A stretch of DNA of 64,000 nt from assembly GCA_023457535.1 (NCBI GenBank), contig JAEWLN010000169.1, positions 20,165-84,164 on the forward strand. The letters are read 5' to 3'. The position numbers and the translations under genes are program-made. Position 1 is the first letter of the stretch, and each line of letters opens with the position of its first letter. The notes under the pieces are model-generated. The model worked only from the letters and a program-made list of their open reading frames with translations. It ran no database searches and was not told where the DNA came from. Origin of the DNA: Bacteroidota bacterium (lineage in GTDB: Bacteria > Bacteroidota > Bacteroidia > Flavobacteriales > Flavobacteriaceae). Shown here in pieces: positions 1-8,485 of this stretch.

Positions 1-2
1 GC

Positions 3-179
3 GACGCCTGCCAGACCAAGCTCAACATCCTGCTAGAGCAACGCACGGATCTCTCAACGGCCATCGACGAGCTTTTGACCGACATTGCCAATGGCGACAA
101 ATACATGAAAGTGTACAAGCAAATGAAAATGTACAATGACGATGATTTGAATCCGGTGTTGTACCAGAACAAAAAGTAA
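3..179 (+). CDS. DUF4254-family protein, 3' part (truncated by window start)
   Basis: Own translation from nt 3 gives DACQTKLNILLEQRTDLSTAIDELLTDIANGDKYMKVYKQMKMYNDDDLNPVLYQNKK* (stop 177-179). The C-terminal KVYKQMKMYND motif and position before GT9 fit DUF4254 of Bacteroidetes. Confidence 0.8.
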   Translation, partial: DACQTKLNILLEQRTDLSTAIDELLTDIANGDKYMKVYKQMKMYNDDDLNPVLYQNKK

Positions 180-185
180 TTTTTG

Positions 186-299
186 GAGCTGTTTCCGGCT
201 GTACGCTGTATCTTTTGCATTTCAGGACTTTCGTGACTGCCGATGGCAGTACGCCGCTTAAGGTCCAATGCAAAAGGATGCCGCTGCCATCCGGGCTAG
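186..299 (+). repeat. Flavo-1-like dispersed structured element, copy 1
   Basis: agctgtttccggctgtacgctgtatcttttgc...gcaaaaggatgccgctgccatccgggcta; ends nearly identical to 43245-43320. Confidence 0.65.
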
Positions 300-349
300 G
301 GTCCTGGAAACCGCTCCACGATTATTTTCCAAATAACTTCTAACGTTAC

Positions 350-1387
350 GTGCCGACAAAAACCACGCATATCGCCGTGATGAGACTTTCCGCAATGGGC
401 GATGTTGCGATGACGGTTCCCGTTTTGCGCGCGCTGGTCTCACAGCATCCAAATGTGCGCCTGACGGTGGTTTCGCGCGCATTTTTCGAGCCTTTTTTCG
501 ACGGAATCCCCAATGTTTCGTTTTTTGCGTTCGACGACAAAAACCGGCACAAGGGATTACGCGGGTTGCTTCAGCTTTACAGTGATCTCAAAAAGCAGCG
601 CATCGACGCATTTGCGGACCTTCACAATGTGCTGCGCTCTAAAATCGTGCGCAATCTGTTTTTGGTTTCTGGTAAAAAAGTGGCCGCCGTAGACAAGGGC
701 CGACGCGAAAAAAAGGCGCTGACACGCGCTGAAAACAAGATTTTTGAGCCCGTAACACCCATGGTAGCGCGTCATCAGTTGGTATTTGAACAGCTCGGTT
801 TTCCCGTTGACCTGAACCGTCCGGAGTTTCCCGCCCCGCAATTGCCCGATACGCAAATTCGCGAATTTACCGGAATCAAGGACGGAATTTGGATTGGTGT
901 GGCGCCGTTCGCGCAATACGCCTCTAAAGTATATCCGCAGGATTTGATGCAACAAGTCATCGATCAGCTGGCACAAAAGAGCCGTTATAAAATTTTTCTG
1001 TTTGGCGGCAAGAGTGAAATCCCGGTGCTGGAGGCATTTTCAGCCGGAAAGCACAACGTGGTCAATATGGCCGGAAAAATGAACTTACGCCAGGAACTGC
1101 AACTGATTTCCAATCTGGATGTGATGCTCAGTATGGATTCGGGCAATGCGCACATCGCTGCCATGCTGGGCGTGAAGACCGTGACACTTTGGGGCGCCAC
1201 GCATCCGTTTGCGGGGTTTTCGCCGTTTGGTCAGCCAATGTCCAATGCGATTACTTCCAACCGCACGCAATATCCAAAACTGCCGACATCGGTTTATGGA
1301 AACAAAAAAGTCGAAGGTTACGAAAACGCGATGCGTAGTATTGCACCAGCGGCGGTTGTCGGAAAAATCATGGAGTTGGTGGGGTAG
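350..1387 (+). CDS. Glycosyltransferase family 9 (ADP-heptose:LPS heptosyltransferase-like)
   Basis: RLSAMGDV N-terminal motif, DLH, and SMDSGNAHIAA motif. Confidence 0.9.
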   Translation: MPTKTTHIAVMRLSAMGDVAMTVPVLRALVSQHPNVRLTVVSRAFFEPFFDGIPNVSFFAFDDKNRHKGLRGLLQLYSDLKKQRIDAFADLHNVLRSKIVRNLFLVSGKKVAAVDKGRREKKALTRAENKIFEPVTPMVARHQLVFEQLGFPVDLNRPEFPAPQLPDTQIREFTGIKDGIWIGVAPFAQYASKVYPQDLMQQVIDQLAQKSRYKIFLFGGKSEIPVLEAFSAGKHNVVNMAGKMNLRQELQLISNLDVMLSMDSGNAHIAAMLGVKTVTLWGATHPFAGFSPFGQPMSNAITSNRTQYPKLPTSVYGNKKVEGYENAMRSIAPAAVVGKIMELVG

Positions 1388-2045
1388 TCGGTTATTGGAA
1401 ATTGGGCGCATTTGGAAGTTCCGGCCAATCGGAAAAATAAAATAGCACCGTACTTTATGATCATTTTGGTTTTTTTTGGAAAATTTATTGATCGGTACGG
1501 AATATCTGGAGAGAGACAGGTCGGTAAAAAAGTAAAATGGCGTTTGCAGAAACCACCATTGGCTACCCTTTTCGGGCGACCAGGTTCTTTGTGCAAATTC
1601 AGCGGTGAAATTTTGAATTAACTTCATGAAATCGGGCACGTGATCGGCACGGCGCTGGAAAACAAGAACTTGGAGAGTGGTTGGCCGGTGATTTGGCCCC
1701 GCGGTTCCAAGATGCTTTTTACAGTTACTGATCTGGATAAACGACGCAGATCACTTCGCAGGTTTTGTCCAAAAATAGCCTTTTAGTGTTCTTGGTAAGC
1801 GGGTTAAATATCAAATGTGGATTGGTTTTAAAAGCAATTTATACAGGGAATGTTTCTGTTTTTCTTTACGATAAAACAAGTCACAGCTGGTGTCGATAAA
1901 GAACATTTTATGGAGATTAAAACTGCGCAAAATGGATATTCCCGGCAGATGATTGGTTTGCTTAAGACTGACCTTGCAGTAAATGATTAACGGTGAAACA
2001 TTAAAAATTGGCTTGCAAAAGAAAAGCTGTTTTTTTTTGGAGGGG

Positions 2046-2122
2046 GTGGGGCCCCAATGCCCCTTCCCCACAAGCAATTTCGGTATAAAAAAGCAGACAT
2101 CCTTACAGAAAAACTGTAAAAT
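2046..2122 (-). repeat. Repeat unit 1 of 4 (candidate promoter + G-rich sRNA 5' end)
   Basis: Core TGGGGCCCCAATGCCCCTTCCCCA at 2047-2070; perfect palindrome TTACAG-AAAAA-CTGTAA at 2103-2119. Confidence 0.9.
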
Positions 2123-2362
2123 AATTATCTATTTTTTCCGTAAGAATTGATTAGGTTCCTCGATAGGCGTTGAGCGCCGCCGCATTTCATCAAATATAAG
2201 GGATTTGTTTGGCCCCGAATGGCTTGTCAACGCTACGTTAGGAGTAACATTTTTTAGGATTAATACCACTCCCGTTCAGAAAATCGCTGAAAAAAACGAA
2301 AGACGTTTGAAATTTACAGATCGTTAAATTTTATGCATGTGCTCAAATTTCAAAGGGAGTTT

Positions 2363-2440
2363 GTGGGGCCCCCAATGCCCCTTCCCCAAAGGATATTTAC
2401 GTCAAAAAATCTGGACATTGCTGCAGAAAAACTGCAAAAT
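2363..2440 (-). repeat. Repeat unit 2 of 4
   Basis: Core (one extra C) at 2364-2388; CTGCAG-AAAAA-CTGCAA at 2421-2437. Confidence 0.9.
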
Positions 2441-2605
2441 AACTTTCAAAATTTTTCTTATGGAAAGAGGTAAGAGTTTCTAAAAAAGCGTAATAACCCG
2501 GCCTAGGCAAGCCTTGGAAATGATTAATTGAAAGTGGAAAAAAAGGTGAATCTCCTCAAACAGAACAGGGGAACTTTCGAATGTCTCCTAGCAAACCCGG
2601 CGTTT

Positions 2606-2682
2606 GTGGGGCCCCAATGCCCCTTCCCCAAAGGCAATTTAAGTCAAAAAAAGGACAAATTGCTACAGAAAAACCACAAAAT
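2606..2682 (-). repeat. Repeat unit 3 of 4
   Basis: Core at 2607-2630; CTACAG-AAAAA-CCACAA at 2663-2679. Confidence 0.9.
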
Positions 2683-2824
2683 CAATTCGTATTTTTTTCG
2701 TGAAGAAAGACCTTAATTCAGTATTACATCCACGGATTTAAAACGAGCATTGGTGGAAAACATGAATGCGATTTTTGGAACGCAGTTTTGAAAATTTATA
2801 AGTGGGCTGAATCCAGCTTTTTTT

Positions 2825-2900
2825 TGGGGCCCCAATGCCCCTTCCCCACAGGCAATCTACGCAAAAAAAAGAAGACGTTACGGCAGAAAAACCCCAAAAA
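2825..2900 (-). repeat. Repeat unit 4 of 4
   Basis: Core at 2825-2848; CGGCAG-AAAAA-CCCCAA at 2881-2897. Confidence 0.9.
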
Positions 2901-2940
2901 TATTCCAAACGTTTTACCTAATACGCCCCTCTAAGTACAC

Positions 2941-2970
2941 AAAAAAAGCCAGAACTCCACGTCCCGGCCT
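2941..2970 (-). terminator. Intrinsic terminator of the ferredoxin-reductase gene
   Basis: Minus strand ggccgggac-gtgga-gttctggct followed by a U-tract. Confidence 0.65.
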
Positions 2971-2996
2971 GTCCAAAAATCATAGATCAAAATATC

Positions 2997-4049
2997 TTAC
3001 ACATCGTCATAATCCACATGCAACTCGGCAGAAGTGGGGTGCGCCTGACAGGTCAAAATCAACCCTTGGGCAATCTCGCCATCGGTCAAAATGGCGTTCT
3101 TTTTCATTTCCGCCGTTCCTTTTGAAATGCGTGCCAGACAACTGCTGCAAATACCGCCCTGGCACGAATATGGAGCGTCAAGCCCTTGTTTGAGCGCCGC
3201 GTCGAGTATGGTTTGTTTTTGCGACATCTCGAACGTGACTTCTTCATCATCGACCACTACCGTAATCTGCGTGTGACCTTCTGGCGATACAGCGACTTCC
3301 TTAGGCGCAAGCGACGAGGAAAAGAGTTCAAACTTGATATTTTTTTCCGGAATGTTGTGTTCTTTGAGCACGTCCGATACCGTCAGGATCATTTGCTCCG
3401 GCCCGCACAAATAGAAATTATCAAATGTCAGATTGCTGTATTTGTTGTTGAGTATAAAATTGACCGTCGGGCGCTCGATACGACCAAACAGTTCACCGTC
3501 CACCTTGGCCTGGCTGTATACGAAATGAACAAAAAAGCGACCTACGTACTGCAGCTGCATCTGATGCAATTCCTCATGGAATATGGTGTCTTCAGGAGTT
3601 TTGTTCCCGTACACAAGCACAAACGTACTCTTGGGTTCGCCTTGCAGCACGCCATGAATGATCGACATTACCGGTGTGATTCCGCTTCCGGCGGCAAATG
3701 CAGCGTAATTTTTTTGGCGGTCCGCATCGGGTGTAAATGTAAAGTTACCTTCCGGCGTACCTACTTCAACGAGATCGCCGGCTTTGAGTTGTTCATTGGC
3801 AAACATAGAAAAGACACCGCCTTTAAGCGATTTGATTGCGATGCGCAGCTGGCCGCTTCCGGGTGCCGAACAAATCGAATACGCGCGTCGGATTTCATTG
3901 CCGTCGAGCCGCAACTTCAAATTGATGTACTGGCCCGGTATAAATTGATAATGCTCTTGTAATTCAGCAGGCACATTGAACAATACGGACACCGCATCTT
4001 TGGTTTCGCGGCGCACTTCCCGGATGTTCAACTTATAAAATGAAGACAT
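2997..4049 (-). CDS. Ferredoxin-NAD(P) reductase-type oxidoreductase with C-terminal 2Fe-2S domain (PaaE-like)
   Basis: RRAYSICS (FAD), AAGSGITP (NAD), YLCGP, and CQGGICSSC...C 2Fe-2S ligands; start taken at MSSFYKL. Confidence 0.9.
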   Translation of the reverse strand: MSSFYKLNIREVRRETKDAVSVLFNVPAELQEHYQFIPGQYINLKLRLDGNEIRRAYSICSAPGSGQLRIAIKSLKGGVFSMFANEQLKAGDLVEVGTPEGNFTFTPDADRQKNYAAFAAGSGITPVMSIIHGVLQGEPKSTFVLVYGNKTPEDTIFHEELHQMQLQYVGRFFVHFVYSQAKVDGELFGRIERPTVNFILNNKYSNLTFDNFYLCGPEQMILTVSDVLKEHNIPEKNIKFELFSSSLAPKEVAVSPEGHTQITVVVDDEEVTFEMSQKQTILDAALKQGLDAPYSCQGGICSSCLARISKGTAEMKKNAILTDGEIAQGLILTCQAHPTSAELHVDYDDV

Positions 4050-4309
4050 AACAGTGTTTTTTGCAAAATTAGCAAACCTGTGGCAAAGCCCATGCGTTTT
4101 ACGAAAGAAATAACTGCAAAAGAGGTTAAATTTTGCAAAGTGCACAACCCATCCGAACCCTCCGGGCCAACCTGCCTTAAGTGGCTGTCAGATAGGATCG
4201 GGGAAAGTTTTAACCGATAATTTTCGCCATATCAAAAAGAAACGTATTTTTACCGGTTGGTATACTAAAACAAGGTTTTACAAGTTTTAAGAAATAAATC
4301 ATCCAAGCA

Positions 4310-7303
4310 TTGAAGACTAATCTACTCAGATACACTGCTGTAGCCGCGTCGCTGGTTTTCGTGATCGCGTGTTCGACCAAGCGCAACACCTTTTTGTCAC
4401 GAAATTCGCACGCGCTGAGCTCCAAATACAACATCCTTTACAATGGCGGATTGGCGCTCGACAAAGGTGTCGAAGACTTAAAACTGCAATACCAGGACAA
4501 TTTTTGGGAGCGATTGCCCATCGAGCGCATGCAGCTCAACGAGCAGGCGGTCATGCCGGGCGAGAAAACAGAGGCAAACCCTAATTTCGAACGCGCTGAA
4601 ACCAAGGCTGCCAAAGCGATCCAAAAACATTCGATGAATATCGGCGGAACGGAGAAAAACCCGCAAATGGACGAGGCGCACCTCATGTTAGGCAAGGCAC
4701 GTTATTACGATCAGCGTTTTGTACCGGCGCTTGAGGCTTTCAATTACATCCTCTACAAATATCCTACGAGCGACAAAATCTACGAAGTCAAGATATGGCG
4801 CGAAAAAACCAATATGAGGCTCGACAACGATGCCATTGCCGTAACCAATCTGACCAATCTGCTCAAGGACATTAAATTCAAAGATCAGATTTTTGCCGAT
4901 GCCAATGCCGCATTGTCGCAAGCCTACCTGAATCTTGAAGACAAGGACAGTGCGGTGGCCAAGCTCAAACTGGCGCGCGATTTCACAAAATCAAACGAGG
5001 AGCAGGCGCGTTACCACTTCATCCTCGGGCAGTTGTACGAGGAAATGAATTTGCCGGACAGCGCATTTGCGGCCTACCAATCCGTCATCGACATGAAGCG
5101 CAAAGCGCCGCGGCGGTACACAATCCACGCCCACATGCGCCAGGCCAACCAATTCGATTATAAAACCGGCGACACCCTGGCATTCGTTGAAAAATACGAC
5201 AAAATGCTCAAAGACCGCGAAAATCGTCCGTACCTGGATGCGCTGAACCACCAGATGGCGTTGTTTTACGACAAACAAAAAAACGCGCGTCAGGCCAAAA
5301 AATACTACAACTTGTCGCTCAAGCACAAATCGCAGGACCAATACATGATTGCGTCCAATTACCGCAACCTGGCCGAACTCCATTTCGATCAGGCCAAGTA
5401 CCTTACGGCAGGCAAATATTACGACAGCACGCTGGTCCAGCTCGAGCCGCGTACACGCGAATTCAAGGCGATCAAGAAAAAGCGCGAGAATCTCAACGAC
5501 GTCATCAAATATGAAGGCATCGCCACGCGCAACGACAGCATCCTTAAGGTGTATGCAATGTCTGAAACCGATCGCATCGCCTACTACAACGCACACATCG
5601 AAAAACTCAAAAAGGAAGAGGAACGTTTGAAACTGCTCGCCGAAAAATCGGGCGGGAGCGTAAATACAGGAATTGAGGGCGCGATCGACAACACCGATGC
5701 GTCAGCCAAATTTGGTCCGGAAGGAAAAGCCGCGCCGCGCGCATCTGAAACCGCCATGAGCCAGGCACAAAAGGGCGTGAGGCCGCCATCTGAAGGCGCT
5801 GCAACCACGCCGGGAACAAAGCCGTCCGGAGATTTCTATTTTTACAATCCGACGACAGTCGCCTTTGGAAAGAACGAATTCCGCAAAAACTGGGGTGACC
5901 GTGCCTACCGCAACAACTGGCGCGTATCGGCGCAAAAAGGGGCCAACGCCACCGGCGATGAAGATCTTGCCAATGCAGATCAGGACAGCGGTACGCCTGT
6001 GTCCGAGGTCAAATCGGCGGAAATGTACACCCCTGAATATTATATCAAGCAGTTGCCTTCGACGCAAAAGGAAATCGACAGCATCGGCAAGGAACGCAAT
6101 TTTGCCTATTACCAACTCGGGGTTATTTACAAAGAAAAATTCAAGGAATATCCGCTCGCCTCGGACAAGCTTGAAACGTTGCTGACCAACGCCCCTGAGG
6201 AACGCCTGGTATTGCCGTCGCTGTACAACCTGTACAAAATTTACGAAATCACGAACAAAGACAAGGCAAACGCGATCAAAAACCGCATCATTGCCGAATA
6301 TCCGGACTCGCGTTATGCACAGATTTTAAAGAACCCGGATGCCGCGACCATTGCTGCCGGCGATTCTCCGGATGTGGCCTACCAAAAATTGTTCACGCTT
6401 TTTGAAGGCGGTGATTACCGAAAAGTACTGCAAGAGTCGGACACGGCGATCGAACAATTCACGGGCGATGAACTCCAGCCCAAATTCGAAATGCTCAAAG
6501 CCAACGTCATCGGGAAGCTCAAAGGCGTCGGCGAATACAAAAAGGCACTCAACTACGTGGCCCTGACGTATCCGAACAGCGAAGAAGGCAAAAAGGCCGA
6601 ATCGATGCTCACGCGCGAAGTGGTCGTGATGGAGGCGATGACATTCAACAGCAAAGAGCCGGCGAGTTGGAAGATTTTGTATGCGGCCAATAATCTGTCG
6701 GAGAACAAGACCATTGCATTGTACGGTAAAATCGCAAAATTCCTCAAGGACCGCGCGTTTGAAAAAATCACGATGTCGGTCGATATTTATACGATGGACA
6801 AAAACTTCATCGTCATCCACGGGCTGCGCAATGAGGAACACGCAAAAGGCATCGTATCGATCCTCAGGGAGTTCAAGGAATACAAAGTCCAGGAACCCGC
6901 AACGATTATCTCGAACGAAAATTACAAAGTCGTACAAATCAAAAAGAATTTCGACGAATTTCTTAAAGTGGGCAACGGGCCGATCGTAGCAACTGCTGCG
7001 CCGAGCATTCCGGACGATCCGACTGAAAAGATATCGGACGAGGAACGACAATTCAAAGAAATGCAGCAGCGCGCGGCCGAAAATCGCAAAATGGCCAAGG
7101 AACAGCAAAAGCAGCAGCAAGGCAAGGTGTCCGACCCGGATCCTGAGAATGCGATGCCGCCGAGCCCGTTTCAGGGTGCGTCGCCGGGCCAACCCAAGCA
7201 AACCCCGCAACAAATGCAGATGAACAACTCGATGCCGCCGGGCATGATGACGCCATCGGGGAACATGCCGCCGCCGGGAAGAAATCCGCAACCCAAAAAG
7301 TAA
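4310..7303 (+). CDS. sprE: T9SS/gliding motility TPR lipoprotein SprE (PorW)
   Basis: Lipobox IAC-STKRNTFLSRNSHALSSKYNILYNG, KAIQKHSM, TPR repeats, FYFYNP and WGDR motifs; lies upstream of bactofilin and atp. Confidence 0.88.
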   Translation: MKTNLLRYTAVAASLVFVIACSTKRNTFLSRNSHALSSKYNILYNGGLALDKGVEDLKLQYQDNFWERLPIERMQLNEQAVMPGEKTEANPNFERAETKAAKAIQKHSMNIGGTEKNPQMDEAHLMLGKARYYDQRFVPALEAFNYILYKYPTSDKIYEVKIWREKTNMRLDNDAIAVTNLTNLLKDIKFKDQIFADANAALSQAYLNLEDKDSAVAKLKLARDFTKSNEEQARYHFILGQLYEEMNLPDSAFAAYQSVIDMKRKAPRRYTIHAHMRQANQFDYKTGDTLAFVEKYDKMLKDRENRPYLDALNHQMALFYDKQKNARQAKKYYNLSLKHKSQDQYMIASNYRNLAELHFDQAKYLTAGKYYDSTLVQLEPRTREFKAIKKKRENLNDVIKYEGIATRNDSILKVYAMSETDRIAYYNAHIEKLKKEEERLKLLAEKSGGSVNTGIEGAIDNTDASAKFGPEGKAAPRASETAMSQAQKGVRPPSEGAATTPGTKPSGDFYFYNPTTVAFGKNEFRKNWGDRAYRNNWRVSAQKGANATGDEDLANADQDSGTPVSEVKSAEMYTPEYYIKQLPSTQKEIDSIGKERNFAYYQLGVIYKEKFKEYPLASDKLETLLTNAPEERLVLPSLYNLYKIYEITNKDKANAIKNRIIAEYPDSRYAQILKNPDAATIAAGDSPDVAYQKLFTLFEGGDYRKVLQESDTAIEQFTGDELQPKFEMLKANVIGKLKGVGEYKKALNYVALTYPNSEEGKKAESMLTREVVVMEAMTFNSKEPASWKILYAANNLSENKTIALYGKIAKFLKDRAFEKITMSVDIYTMDKNFIVIHGLRNEEHAKGIVSILREFKEYKVQEPATIISNENYKVVQIKKNFDEFLKVGNGPIVATAAPSIPDDPTEKISDEERQFKEMQQRAAENRKMAKEQQKQQQGKVSDPDPENAMPPSPFQGASPGQPKQTPQQMQMNNSMPPGMMTPSGNMPPPGRNPQPKK

Positions 7304-7707
7304 TGTTTGACAAAAAGCCAAAATCGTATACTGATCTGCTTGGCAAGACCAACCGCATCGTTGAAGGAACCGTAATCAAAGGCGACATTCTGTCGCATGC
7401 AGATTTCCGGCTCGATGGCGAACTCGTTGGCAATTTCCAGTCGAACGGCAAAATCGTGATCGGGCCCGCGGGCATCGTCAAAGGCGATATCATTTGTAAG
7501 AATGCCGACATTGAGGGCAAATTCCACGGCAAGATCCAGGTGGCTGAAATCCTCAATGTAAAATCCAAGGCAAGCATCCACGGCGAGGTGATTTGCGGTA
7601 AATTATCGGTGGAACCAGGAGCGGAATTCAGCGCATCGTGCGTGATGAAACCGAATCTAAAAGTCGTGGCGCATGAACAACCCAAACCAGAAGCGCAAGG
7701 CCAATAA
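7303..7707 (+). CDS. Bactofilin (polymer-forming cytoskeletal protein)
   Basis: Beta-helical repeats GTVIKGDI / RLDGELVGN / GIVKGDI / IEGKFHGKI. Confidence 0.9.
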   Translation: MFDKKPKSYTDLLGKTNRIVEGTVIKGDILSHADFRLDGELVGNFQSNGKIVIGPAGIVKGDIICKNADIEGKFHGKIQVAEILNVKSKASIHGEVICGKLSVEPGAEFSASCVMKPNLKVVAHEQPKPEAQGQ

Positions 7708-7909
7708 GTGGCTCGCCCTGACGAGCATCCCGATCCAAATGGGCGCTATTGTGTTCCTGTTTGCGTGGGGCGGCAAATGGCTCGATGCAAAATATCCGAA
7801 CGAGCACGACATATATGTAAAGGTACTGACCATCGTTGGCGTGGGTCTTGCCTTCTACAACCTGAACCGGCAACTCAGGGAAATCAATAAAATGGACGAT
7901 CAGAAATGA
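7673..7909 (+). CDS. AtpZ/AtpI-family membrane protein
   Basis: Two TM helices with QMG and GKWLD motifs, upstream of atpB. Confidence 0.8.
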   Translation: MNNPNQKRKANKWLALTSIPIQMGAIVFLFAWGGKWLDAKYPNEHDIYVKVLTIVGVGLAFYNLNRQLREINKMDDQK

Positions 7910-8301
7910 AGCGAAACCTGCGGCCGTTATTGGAATTGGCTTTTTTTTCGGCGCTGGCCTTTGGCGGGCACATGCTGTTGTTCCAATTCCTGTTTTCAGG
8001 GCGCGACGCCAATTTCCGGTACAGCATCCCTGAATTGTATGCGTTTTTCTTTGCGTGTTCCTTGGTGATTTTATCGATCCTGATCCGGATGAAGCGCAAC
8101 AACATTGACAGCGTGGGAAATGCGTTTATGGCACTGACTGTGCTCAAGATGATCGTCGCTTATTTTTTGCTGCATCCGATATTGGGCGACCACCATTCTG
8201 AAATCGCTGCCGAAAAAGCCAATTTTTTTATCGTTTTTGCGGTATTCCTGACGCTTGAAACGACAATTGCGATCCGATTGCTCAACGGCGCTAAAAATTG
8301 A
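7906..8301 (+). CDS. Four-TM membrane protein (ATP synthase I-like, Flavobacteriaceae)
   Basis: Hydrophobic 131 aa ORF ending F..FLTLET, between atpZ and atpB. Confidence 0.7.
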   Translation: MKRNLRPLLELAFFSALAFGGHMLLFQFLFSGRDANFRYSIPELYAFFFACSLVILSILIRMKRNNIDSVGNAFMALTVLKMIVAYFLLHPILGDHHSEIAAEKANFFIVFAVFLTLETTIAIRLLNGAKN

Positions 8302-8415
8302 TTTTTTCTTCTGTTTTAACAAAACGCGACCATTTCTTAATCAGCGTTTTAAATATAAAGCAATAAACAGCGGAATCGACGGCAAAAACAGCAAAAAATA
8401 TTTTGAAGTAACGCT

Positions 8416-8444
8416 TTTGGATGTCAATATTTAATGTACCTTTG
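8416..8444 (+). promoter_or_regulatory. Bacteroidetes sigma70 promoter of atp operon
   Basis: TTTG (8416-8419) then TACCTTTG (8437-8444), matching the -33/-7 consensus. Confidence 0.7.
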
Positions 8445-8485
8445 CACCAAATTTCAGAAAGTATAATTAAGATCCTAAATACGCT

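Noticed and set aside
1811..2077. 88-aa minus-strand ORF running out of repeat unit 1
   Set aside because: TTG start, reads through homopolymer runs, no family resemblance, and no equivalent long ORF in the other units.
2046..2900. CRISPR array interpretation of the four repeats
   Set aside because: Spacers are about 190-290 nt and unequal, similarity extends about 50 nt beyond the core, and there are no cas genes in the window.
2046..2900. Integron attC cassettes or IS/MITE ends
   Set aside because: No integrase or transposase, no RYYYAAC...GTTRRRY ends, no target-site duplications, and all units are in direct orientation.
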